The position numbers and the translations under genes are program-made. A stretch of 64,000 nt of DNA from Bacteroidota bacterium (lineage in GTDB: Bacteria > Bacteroidota > Bacteroidia > Bacteroidales > Lentimicrobiaceae). Position 1 is the stretch's first letter; each line of letters opens with the position of its first letter. Positions 31,401 through 39,530 of the stretch are shown piece by piece. The notes beneath the pieces are model-generated. The model was given only the letters and a program-made list of their open reading frames with translations, made no database searches and had not been told where the DNA came from. The stretch lies in contig JAEZDY010000022.1 in assembly GCA_023417935.1 (NCBI GenBank), positions 19,593 to 83,592 on the forward strand, in the 5' to 3' direction.

Positions 31401-32800
31401 ACCGCACTGTTCAGATACCTGTATGTTGCATTTGGAAGCAGATTGTCGATGGTAGCCCTGTAAGCAAAAGGTGTACGGGTATTGGCAGGTGTGCTGCCGC
31501 TCATATACAGTGGTAAAATATCGGCTGTAACAACAGGAGGCAGTGATATAACAATTGTTGAGCTGGTTGCGGAGGTAAGTCCTGTTGCAGTTGCCTGCAA
31601 TACATAATTACCGGTTGCTGTAAAGCTGATATCATTAAAAGTAGCTTCGCCTGCAACTGCAGCCTGTGTAGTAGTGCCGGCCAATGAGCCCGGACCACTC
31701 ACAACGCTTAGGGTGATATTACCTGTGAAACCCGGATCAACCAGTTCATTTGCATTCAGTGCCTGAACCTTAAAGGTAGCAACCGACTGGTTAATGAAAC
31801 CGGTAGCAGGGAAGTTAACAAATGCCAGGTGCGTAGCAGGATTTGAAACCTGTCCGCTAACCGTAACATTCACTGCAGTAGCCCCACCACCTGCATTGCT
31901 GATGGTTTCACCATTATAGGCACCTGCTGCCAATCCGGCCTTTAGTCTAACGTAAACCGGTGTTGCAGCCAATGCACCACCTGTATAAGGTACAGTGATA
32001 GCTGTTGCTGAAAAGGTTGAATTATTTAATGAAATTTCATAATTGGTTGAAGGGGTGATCGTGATATTCCCTGACGCAGGCGCAAGGCTTGAGCCCGAAA
32101 GGTCGTACGACTGTGAAGCTGAAGGACCGTTGTTTACTGCATAGTTAAATCCACTTAAGGTTGTCGGGTTTGCTACAATTGTAGGAGTTCCTGCAGAAGC
32201 AGGCGCAATTCCGAAGCCGGTTAGGCCTGCAGGGGGTGTTGAAGGAGTAGTAGAAACTGTCTCAAATCGCAGGCTAGGGTCTTGCCAACCATCAAGGTCA
32301 CCAGTTGTAATGCCTGCAAGTAATTGGATATTTTGATTGGCAGTATTTACTCCATTTGCTGTCCAAGAAACGGGATTTTCACCTGGATTACCGAATACAT
32401 CAGTGGTCACACCACCATATTGGATTGCTAATGCATCGTTGCCATTAAAAGTAAAAACTCTTAATACGAATGTAACTGATGTTAACCCCTGGTCAATCAG
32501 GTATGTGCCCATATCAGAGGTGCCTATAACCATTACTGCACCAGGAGCAAGTGTGCCGGTACTAATTGTAAATGGAGAACCAAGAGGAGCTCCGTTAGTT
32601 CCTTGTAGAACTACCAGATTATTGGTTGCAAAGTCAAGTGTTGATGCGGTATTATTCCATACTTCTATCCCTTTAGGAATAGAACCTGAATTAGCCTCCA
32701 CATACTGACTGATGATCTGCGCTGATACGTTTGTTGTAAAGGTTAATACAACAAGCATGGTGCTCATCAGTGATATTAATTGGTAAAGTTTTCTTTTCAT
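28481..32800 (-). CDS. Large secreted protein: lamin-tail-like N domain, Ig-like linkers, 3 copies of the same ~270-aa domain, T9SS-like CTD
   Basis: IISQYVE..S...KGIEVWN.T and FNGNDAL (LTD-like); repeats begin PLYMSG, PAYIQG and PQYMEG. Confidence 0.85.
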   Translation of the reverse strand: MKRKLYQLISLMSTMLVVLTFTTNVSAQIISQYVEANSGSIPKGIEVWNNTASTLDFATNNLVVLQGTNGAPLGSPFTISTGTLAPGAVMVIGTSDMGTYLIDQGLTSVTFVLRVFTFNGNDALAIQYGGVTTDVFGNPGENPVSWTANGVNTANQNIQLLAGITTGDLDGWQDPSLRFETVSTTPSTPPAGLTGFGIAPASAGTPTIVANPTTLSGFNYAVNNGPSASQSYDLSGSSLAPASGNITITPSTNYEISLNNSTFSATAITVPYTGGALAATPVYVRLKAGLAAGAYNGETISNAGGGATAVNVTVSGQVSNPATHLAFVNFPATGFINQSVATFKVQALNANELVDPGFTGNITLSVVSGPGSLAGTTTQAAVAGEATFNDISFTATGNYVLQATATGLTSATSSTIVISLPPVVTADILPLYMSGSTPANTRTPFAYRATIDNLLPNATYRYLNSAVYSTDAPTYSGAGVLIFVNADGTFTRSTTGSFSTAGQYGEFTTNGAGSYTGWFIIEPSGNERFAPGNNLHMRIRLNNGAGGTSAVHYLTTTETVHVLQFGTGTTDMDGTAVRATSLANSKNFAVLYDNQTGAGRPLFATSIETTGIDFTTINQYPAFYKTFVSGHDGAWGGIIPNVNNNGVMRIEERALNGGAIVSFETSADGIWGLTDTRNPAYGIDSVLVIHLTPEILAETVPAYIQGVNGTNNQRLPLSFYATISYLKPNATYRYYNKAVLATDDITADGAGVTILVNADGTFTRTTTNSMGTSGQYGEFTADNMGNYSGWFMVESTGDNRFTPGNDLHMRIMLNNGMGGTSVAVRITTDASASVVNFGQAYNDVTGTGIRGISPATPGNMVYIYGNEAGTGQPLYSSSIETTGIPYNTFNNYADFYGSDVSGVNGSWGGIVPNVMPEGVRRIEELSRTTGLLVNVWTSTNGVWGNVDTRNPLGGEDTELVIDLMPTGEPTLTVVPSTLTGFTYVESNGPSTSQVYTLSGIDLEGAGNIVVTASENYEVSLDDAVYTSGLEVPFADGVVTGQPVNIYVRLRIGLPMGEYNNEVITNTGGGAPEATVTVSGTVTTSALPGISSIILPQYMEGVNGTNINRIPFAYHVTLSYLMPDATYRYYNKVVLSTDAPDFNGAGNTIFANADGTFARTTSTSLDTPGQYGEFTTDSSGSWSGWLITEPSGNDRFTPGNQLYMRIVLNDGNEGTTVDARYTSEEAVTVLQFGTESLPTMGTAVHAISNDAPGDFVFLYDNVDSTSRPLYGTHIESSGIDFCSPGVYAPFYCEDISGVSGSWGGIVPNVNANGIQMINVHSNADGSVVKTYTVPSGIWAGTDTRNPTGGVDSALFLNLKVISVNDLAVDFGRIWSRGNEIVVEPAVTGTYNLSIWNLSGSRMANYSLNGNSVIRSQMPAGVYIIRLQHNSGVHAVKLFIK

Positions 32801-32885
32801 TATTTTGGTTTTAAATGTTACCTAAACCGCCTCAAGGCCACTGCTCCCGGTGGAAGCATGTGGCCTTTTAGCTGCTAAAACTGAT

Positions 32886-34958
32886 TTATTTTACTAATAC
32901 TTTCTGATTGAATATCCCTGAAGGGGTGGTCACTTTCACTAGATAGATACCGGCAGGAATATCAAGATTGAAAATCTGCTTGCCGGTATTCATGGTGAAT
33001 GATGCAAGAACCCTTCCCTGCAAGCTTATCACTTTGATATGAGCGCGGGTATCTTTTTGTAATTCAATGCTCAGTTGGTTTCCAAAGGTGTAGACTTTAC
33101 CATTTACAGTGGGTATTTCATTGATACCAACAATGGTGTTTATAACCAGAACATCCTCAATACCGCCGGTTGGATTGCGTGTATCAACTGCTCCCCATAA
33201 CCCATCGAGGTTGGAGTGTTGTGCCAGTATTCCTCCGGCAAGGCTTCTTTCTTCCACGCGACGTACACCACCCGGATTCACATTAGGTACTATTCCGCCC
33301 CATGCACCCGACTGTCCTGCAACATCAGTAAGATAGAATGGAGCGTAGTTGCCTGCTCCTGCATAATCAATACCAGTTGATTCAATAACCGTAGCGAATA
33401 AAGGCCTTCCTTCACCTGCTGCATTGCTGTATAAGACCACAAAGTTCTTCTCGGCGAAGTCGCTTACTCCACGTATAGCTGTACCTGCAGTATCTGCTGC
33501 CACTGTTCCGAATCCAAGTACTTTTACTGTTTCCTCAGTAGTTAATATTGTTGCTTCAGTACCACCATTGGCACCATCGTTCAGCATTATGCGCATATGT
33601 AGTAATGTACCGGGTTCAAAACGCGAGGCGTTGCCTGTAGGTTCGGTTATAAACCAGCCTTTGAAACTGCCGGTTTCATCAGTTGTGAATTCACCGTATG
33701 CACCTGAAGTGCTTAAACTCGGACTTGTAACCCTGGTAAAGGTGCCGTCCTGATTTGCATAAATAATGTTACCTGCACCTGTATAAGTTGGACTGTCGCT
33801 TGATAGCACTACCCTGTTGTAATACCTGTATGTTGTGTTTGGCATCAGGTTGGTAATTGTAGTAAGCCATGCAAAAGGAACCCTTGTAGGATTCGGAACT
33901 GTGCCCTCCATATATGATGGCAGCAATACATCAGTAAGCGCTGGCTCAAGTCCTGAAGAAACAGTTCCTGTGAGGGAAATGCTCAAACTGCCTGCTCCGC
34001 CTCCGCTTATTGTTAGAATCTCTGAATAATTTCCTGCAGGAAGCCCTGCCTTCAGGCGAACATGTACTGTTGTTGCAGCAAGTGTACCACCTGTATATGG
34101 CATAGTAACAGTGGTTCCGAAAGTTATACCGTCGGCTGAAATCTCAAACGACTCTGAATGCATGGCGGATATATTGCCGGCATCGGGAGTGAGGTTACTA
34201 CCTGTGATGGTGGTGGTTTGTATGTCAGAAGGACCTTCACCAATAAGATAGGTAAAGCCTGTGAGTGCTGAAGGACTTGCCATTAAAAGTGGTGCAGTGC
34301 CTGAGCCTCCCATAATGGTAACATTATCGTAACGGATTGTACCGCTGGTGCCATAAGAGGAACCTTCAGTTGATGCTTCATACGAATCGGCGGTAGCAAA
34401 CTCGGTAACCATGCGAATAGCAAAGTTTGGGTTGTTTTCAACGCCCGCAACATTCTGAAACTCTGCTACCCTGTTGTACCATACAACACCCGGATTGGTG
34501 ATGTAGCGTCCGTTGTCGAAACCTACTGCAGTACCATCCAACTGCGTATTGGCAGCATTGTCGGGGGTGGCTTCAAAGTTAAGCCAGTTTGTGCCGTCAA
34601 TGGTATATTGAAGTCGAAGGCGATTGGCAGCAGTGTTGCTGTTACGGTTATCCCAGCTCACAGCAATGCCGCTGTATCCGGCTGTTGATACAGTAAACTG
34701 TACCCCGGCTGTACCTGACCCTGTTGATTGTTCGGGATAGGTTGAAGTGTTCCATCCCCTGCCTGTTGAAGGGTTTCCCCCTGCCCATGCGGTGCTTGTG
34801 CCTCCAATGTTTTCGGCAGTTCCTGAACCGGTAGTAGGAGTGAGTACTTCAGCGTCAAAATCCCAGCTTGTTATGGTGGTCTGAGCCTGTATGCCTGAAA
34901 TGCCAAGCAGTACCACCATCAAAAATGTAAATAGAAATGAGGTGTAATTCTTCTTCAT
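32886..34958 (-). CDS. Secreted protein with 1 copy of the ~270-aa domain and T9SS CTD
   Basis: Start MKKNYTSF (ATG 34958); N domain paralogous to 24191..28234; repeat PSYMEG; PAGIYLVKV...QKVLVK. Confidence 0.85.
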   Translation of the reverse strand: MKKNYTSFLFTFLMVVLLGISGIQAQTTITSWDFDAEVLTPTTGSGTAENIGGTSTAWAGGNPSTGRGWNTSTYPEQSTGSGTAGVQFTVSTAGYSGIAVSWDNRNSNTAANRLRLQYTIDGTNWLNFEATPDNAANTQLDGTAVGFDNGRYITNPGVVWYNRVAEFQNVAGVENNPNFAIRMVTEFATADSYEASTEGSSYGTSGTIRYDNVTIMGGSGTAPLLMASPSALTGFTYLIGEGPSDIQTTTITGSNLTPDAGNISAMHSESFEISADGITFGTTVTMPYTGGTLAATTVHVRLKAGLPAGNYSEILTISGGGAGSLSISLTGTVSSGLEPALTDVLLPSYMEGTVPNPTRVPFAWLTTITNLMPNTTYRYYNRVVLSSDSPTYTGAGNIIYANQDGTFTRVTSPSLSTSGAYGEFTTDETGSFKGWFITEPTGNASRFEPGTLLHMRIMLNDGANGGTEATILTTEETVKVLGFGTVAADTAGTAIRGVSDFAEKNFVVLYSNAAGEGRPLFATVIESTGIDYAGAGNYAPFYLTDVAGQSGAWGGIVPNVNPGGVRRVEERSLAGGILAQHSNLDGLWGAVDTRNPTGGIEDVLVINTIVGINEIPTVNGKVYTFGNQLSIELQKDTRAHIKVISLQGRVLASFTMNTGKQIFNLDIPAGIYLVKVTTPSGIFNQKVLVK

Positions 34959-35128
34959 TGTACTTATTTTAAGTGATTTTAGATATAATTTCAAGTTGGT
35001 AAAACAAGCTATAAAAGTACATTGTTTTGCTCACATATCATAACATAAATATAGCGAAAACCGGCGCATTGCATCATTTCGTATATTTGATGATTAAAGC
35101 AGTATTACCCACCAATACCATATAGAGC

Positions 35129-36664
35129 ATGATAGAAGAGCAGGTGAAAGTGCACGACAAATTCTCACTCGAGATCAAGCTCGGTTTCCTTGCCGGCGAT
35201 GAAAATATCAACGAATTCTCAGTGAGCACCTGGCTCTTTATACCTAACAGCCTCGATATCAACCGATGGAACTACAGTAAGCAGAACTTCTACCGCGACC
35301 TGAAGTCTAATATTCGGCTTATCACTCCTGTGTATACCCTTCAGGAGATCGCCGAAAGGCAAAATGACCCATATACCCTGCTCGAACAATCTATGCAGCG
35401 ACTGACAAGCCGTCCCGGTAAGGAAACTTTTGGCTCGTACGAATACCATATACGCATGTATGTGTCGATCATTAAAAGTGCTTTACGCGATGAAATCGAC
35501 TTTATAGTGAAAAACGGAACAGGTGTAAAGACTAGCGTTACTGAGAAAGGTGTAGTGGTTAAAAGGGCAAAGGAAACTAAGCCGGTGCCCACGGCGGGGA
35601 TAAAAGGCGAAATACCCGAATTGATAAAAAATTATATCAGCAATGTAGAGAAAGTCACTTCTAATTACCGCGAATTGCGTGCAATGGCTGATACTCCTTC
35701 AACACGAGATAATCTGTTGAATTATTACCTTTTCGGTGATGAGTTTCTAAGCAACCTGGTGGAACAACACACGTTTAAACTGCTCGACGGCCTGAGCAAA
35801 AACCACCTGCTCACCCCTAAAGTATCAACTGCCTTGATGGACCTGATAAACGCTGAAATTGAATATAAGAAAACACAGGGGTATCCGTATGTGAAGAAAA
35901 ATAGTCGCGACCGAAACCGCGAACTGGTGTTCAGGCTCAGTCTTCTTAAGAAGTATGCGGAGAATGAGCTTTTCCTTGATGTGGTTCGCCGCCGCGAAGG
36001 GGTGCTGATCGAACAGATCTACTTCAGCATTGCGGCCGGTATCTCAATGATCTTCGCCACCGCCGTTGCTTTCTCTATTCAACGGCAGTACGGCAACTTA
36101 ACCATGCCTTTCTTTGTGGCACTGGTAGTGAGCTACATGCTGAAGGACCGGCTTAAAGACCTGGCACGGTATTACCTGGCACATCGCTGGGGGCGCAGGT
36201 TTTTTGATACCAAAACAGACATAAGTCTGAACAACCGCAGTATCGGCTGGCACAAAGAAGGAATGGACTTTATAACCGAACGTAAAGTACCTGCCGAAGT
36301 ACTCAGGTTGAGGCAGCGTTCTGCCATACTCGAAGCTGAAAACCGCAACAACCAGGAACAGATCATACTCTATCGAAAACTGGTTAGGCTGAGGCGCGAT
36401 GATCTTAATAAAGTTAGTCCGTACCCCGTTGCCGGAATGAATGATATTATCCGCTTTAACATCTCTAACTATATCCATAAAATGGATAATCCCCTGGTGC
36501 CCCTTTACATTCCAACAGAAAACAACGGCACCGGCATCATCAAAGGCGAAAAAATTTACTATATTAACCTCATCATGCAGTTCAAACACTCTGAGGGCAA
36601 ACGCCTGAAGAGGTACAGGATTGTTTTGAACAGGAAAGGGATCAAAGAAGTGGAAACTTTTTAG
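35129..36664 (+). CDS. Hypothetical protein with two TM helices
   Basis: 511-aa ORF; TM pair SIAAGISMIFATAVAF and MPFFVALVVSYML. Confidence 0.8.
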   Translation: MIEEQVKVHDKFSLEIKLGFLAGDENINEFSVSTWLFIPNSLDINRWNYSKQNFYRDLKSNIRLITPVYTLQEIAERQNDPYTLLEQSMQRLTSRPGKETFGSYEYHIRMYVSIIKSALRDEIDFIVKNGTGVKTSVTEKGVVVKRAKETKPVPTAGIKGEIPELIKNYISNVEKVTSNYRELRAMADTPSTRDNLLNYYLFGDEFLSNLVEQHTFKLLDGLSKNHLLTPKVSTALMDLINAEIEYKKTQGYPYVKKNSRDRNRELVFRLSLLKKYAENELFLDVVRRREGVLIEQIYFSIAAGISMIFATAVAFSIQRQYGNLTMPFFVALVVSYMLKDRLKDLARYYLAHRWGRRFFDTKTDISLNNRSIGWHKEGMDFITERKVPAEVLRLRQRSAILEAENRNNQEQIILYRKLVRLRRDDLNKVSPYPVAGMNDIIRFNISNYIHKMDNPLVPLYIPTENNGTGIIKGEKIYYINLIMQFKHSEGKRLKRYRIVLNRKGIKEVETF

Positions 36665-36667
36665 ATA

Positions 36668-36850
36668 GTTCAAAAGTTGTTCAAAAGTAGTTCAAAAGTA
36701 GTTCAATGTAGCTCAAGTGTTAAAAATGGCGGTCCCCGAGTTTTTATCGAGGGGTTCAATGTTGTTCAATGTTGTTCAATGTTGTTCAATGTTGTTCAAA
36801 TAGTCATAACTGATAACTGAAAGCTGATAACTGATAACTGAAAGCTGATA
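36668..36850. repeat. GTTCAA 10/11-mer tandem arrays, REP-like hairpin and 7-mer (ATAACTG/AAAGCTG) array
   Basis: GTTCAA at 36668, 36679, 36690, 36701 and 36754-36794 (10-bp period); CGGTCCCCGAG...TCGAGGGG between them; heptamers at 36806-36850. Confidence 0.9.
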
Positions 36851-36865
36851 GCCTAATATTATGAT

Positions 36866-37549
36866 ATGAAAACATCCAAAGGAAATGACATCGTACAACT
36901 CTTAAGCGGGCGGAGTAATGTTTTTTTAGTAAAACATTATAACGGGACGAGCATGCTGGTTGATACCGGGGTTAAGATGGTGCGGCGGTTTCTTGCTGAT
37001 GCGCTGGCGAAATTCCAAACGCCGCGGCCCGACTACCTGGTACTTACGCATAGTCATTTCGACCATGCGGGCAATGCTGCCTTTATCCGTACAACAACAG
37101 GCGCCAAAACTGTGATCCATGAAGCTGAAGCTGACTACCTGCGAAGCGGTGGCATGAAGATCCCGGAAGGCACTTATGCTTTCACCCGTTCCCTTGTGAG
37201 TCTGGCACATAAAGTAAAATATAAGCCCGGCTCAGAACCCTGTCCTGCTGACATTGTAGTGGCCGGTTCATATAGTCCACCTGATATGCCCGGCATTCTA
37301 TTGATCCACACTCCCGGCCATAGTGCAGGCTCCATAAGTATTATTGTTGACAATGAAATAGCCCTCGTAGGTGACACCATGATCAACGTGGGCCTTTTCA
37401 ACGTGTTCCCACCCTTTGCCGATGATGTTGAAACACTCAAACAAAGCTGGCAGAAGTTACTTGAAACAGGGTGCCATAGTTTTTTACCCGCACATGGAGG
37501 GGTTATTTCAAGGGGGGAGTTGGAGAGCAAAATAGAAGTTCAGAAGTAG
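36866..37549 (+). CDS. MBL-fold metallo-hydrolase
   Basis: THSHFDHAG, HTPGHS, LVGD and PAHG motifs. Confidence 0.93.
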   Translation: MKTSKGNDIVQLLSGRSNVFLVKHYNGTSMLVDTGVKMVRRFLADALAKFQTPRPDYLVLTHSHFDHAGNAAFIRTTTGAKTVIHEAEADYLRSGGMKIPEGTYAFTRSLVSLAHKVKYKPGSEPCPADIVVAGSYSPPDMPGILLIHTPGHSAGSISIIVDNEIALVGDTMINVGLFNVFPPFADDVETLKQSWQKLLETGCHSFLPAHGGVISRGELESKIEVQK

Positions 37550-37591
37550 TTCAAAGCTGCGCGTTCAAAAGTTGTTCAAAAGTTGTTCAAA
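37538..37591. repeat. GTTCAAAAGTT-type tandem repeat
   Basis: Several GTTCA(A/G) units overlapping the MBL stop codon. Confidence 0.8.
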
Positions 37592-37672
37592 CACTTATAG
37601 AGGGTAACACATTAGGGTTTATGGATTTGTTGCGTGAAGTAAATGGAATCGGGGACCGGACCCTATCACCCC

Positions 37673-37936
37673 TTATTGATGAACTGGCAAAGTGGGGGAC
37701 TGATTACAGGAATTCTGTATATGGCTCCTTTTCCAAATAGTATTATAATAATACCGATCAAACTCTGAACTGTCAGGTTTGGGTGAATCATATGGATCAT
37801 ATGTCAGTTTAATGTACTTACCTTCAATCTGAAATGTTCCTGTTGCTGTATCATACATCAAGTCTCCGCTCTTTCTGTAGCTGAAAGTTGAATCACTTCT
37901 TAAGTCAACCCTTGTATGAAAAAATCCAGATATCAT
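37673..37936 (-). pseudogene. Short ORF, probably a gene fragment
   Basis: 87 aa; beta-rich LRSDSTFSY...TGTFQIEG resembles Bacteroidetes lipoprotein bodies but lacks a signal peptide. Confidence 0.35.
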
Positions 37937-37957
37937 TACACAGCACCAAGCCTGTTT

Positions 37958-38758
37958 TCATATCTGAAGCTCCGCTTTAAAAATCGTTACAGCCATACCC
38001 TTTATTTCAACCCTGTCATCAATCATTTTGACTCTCAATTTGCCCGTACGCTTTGATAACTGAAGAGAATCCATTTCCAGTTTACCGAGCTTTTCTGACC
38101 AAAGGGGAGTCAAGGCACAGTGCGCTGATCCCGTTACCGGATCTTCATTGATCCCCAAACCAGGTGCAAAGCATCGTACAACAAAGTCGGCATCCGGCGG
38201 GCTGCTCTTTGCAGTGATCATAAGGTGACCTAAGCCGGTTGCTTTCAAACTCTCAAAGTTGGGGTTTGCATCTAATATATCTGCTACTGAATCTGCAATA
38301 GCTATAATCCAATTGTAACTGCTTGACCAGGCCTCTATCGGATTAAATCCAACGGAATCCTTAAATCCTTGAGGTATATCAATTTGGGTTAATGCATATC
38401 GGGGAAAGTTCATTGCAATCCAATCTGCCTCCTTTTTCACAAACAGATCACCTACCTGGGCCTTGAAGTTTATTATATCAGTTGGCTTTACTATTCCAAG
38501 CTCAAAGATTACATGAGCACTTGCAAGGGTTGCATGTCCACAAAGCGCAACCTCATTTGTTGGAGTAAAAAATCTGATCTCAAAACCGCTCTTTGCCGGT
38601 ATCACAAATGCGGTTTCCGACAGATTCATCTCCATTGCAATATTTTGCATCCATACACTATCATGGCCTTTATCCAAAATCATAACACCGGCAGGATTAC
38701 CTTTAAAAGGCGTATCGGTGAAGGCATCCACCTGATATATTGTTTTATTGTTTGTCAT
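37958..38758 (-). CDS. PhzF-family isomerase/epimerase
   Basis: VDAFT..PFKGNPAGV, EMNLSETAF, LCGHATLA and EDPVTGSAH motifs. Confidence 0.95.
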   Translation of the reverse strand: MTNNKTIYQVDAFTDTPFKGNPAGVMILDKGHDSVWMQNIAMEMNLSETAFVIPAKSGFEIRFFTPTNEVALCGHATLASAHVIFELGIVKPTDIINFKAQVGDLFVKKEADWIAMNFPRYALTQIDIPQGFKDSVGFNPIEAWSSSYNWIIAIADSVADILDANPNFESLKATGLGHLMITAKSSPPDADFVVRCFAPGLGINEDPVTGSAHCALTPLWSEKLGKLEMDSLQLSKRTGKLRVKMIDDRVEIKGMAVTIFKAELQI

Positions 38759-38779
38759 AACTGTTTGTTTTTCCAGTTC

Positions 38780-39493
38780 TTAAATTTGCCTCATCATTGC
38801 TTTTGTTTTCAAATCTTTTGGCATTTTTTCTATAGCATACCGTAAGGCGGTGCGGGGCATTCGTGACTTGTTTTTGATCACATATTCAAATATGGCTTGC
38901 TGGTTGGCTTCACTGGCAGCTTTTAACATCCATCCGTACCCTTTTTGAACCAAATCGTCTTTGTCCAAAAGTAAAATATCTGCAATTTCCAGTATCTCCT
39001 TAAGAAATTTCCCTTTTCTGGCCGGTACAATCAAACTCACAGCTGAAGCCCGGCGCATCCATCTGTTATCTGATTTCGCAAAGTCTTTTAGCCCGGTCAG
39101 ATACTCAGGATACATCACGATGAATTCACCAACGGTATGATTACAAAGTGTGTCACATGAAGCCCAGTTACTTACATAATTATTAATCCAATTCTCAAAT
39201 ATTTGAAAGTCATCCGGTTCGTACTTCTTATGCAAATAATACGACCAATGGCATGCAATAAACGACTCTTCTATAAACCCAGATTGCCATAGTATCCCGC
39301 AAAGGTCAAATATCTCATATTTTGTTTTGCGATCAATAAGTTTAAAGTATTCCTTACTTATCTTATTTACCGTGGGCACTTTAACGCCATAAGCCTTTAT
39401 CTCTTCTTTGAAGAATTTACGACTGGCTGCCTGAGTTTTTTCATCGCTATTTTTTCTTAGCTCTAAGCGAATTTTGTCGATGATGGGTTCCAT
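38780..39493 (-). CDS. AlkD-like DNA alkylation repair protein
   Basis: NWASCD, WMRRAS, VQKGYGWMLK and MPRTALRYAIEK motifs. Confidence 0.9.
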   Translation of the reverse strand: MEPIIDKIRLELRKNSDEKTQAASRKFFKEEIKAYGVKVPTVNKISKEYFKLIDRKTKYEIFDLCGILWQSGFIEESFIACHWSYYLHKKYEPDDFQIFENWINNYVSNWASCDTLCNHTVGEFIVMYPEYLTGLKDFAKSDNRWMRRASAVSLIVPARKGKFLKEILEIADILLLDKDDLVQKGYGWMLKAASEANQQAIFEYVIKNKSRMPRTALRYAIEKMPKDLKTKAMMRQI

Positions 39494-39530
39494 AATATGG
39501 TGTTATGTTGCTTTTGATATCTATGTAAAA

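Noticed and set aside
24191..34958. Diversity-generating retroelement or shufflon acting on the repeated domains
   Set aside because: Copies are diverged at all positions rather than adenine-specifically, and no reverse transcriptase or recombinase is nearby.
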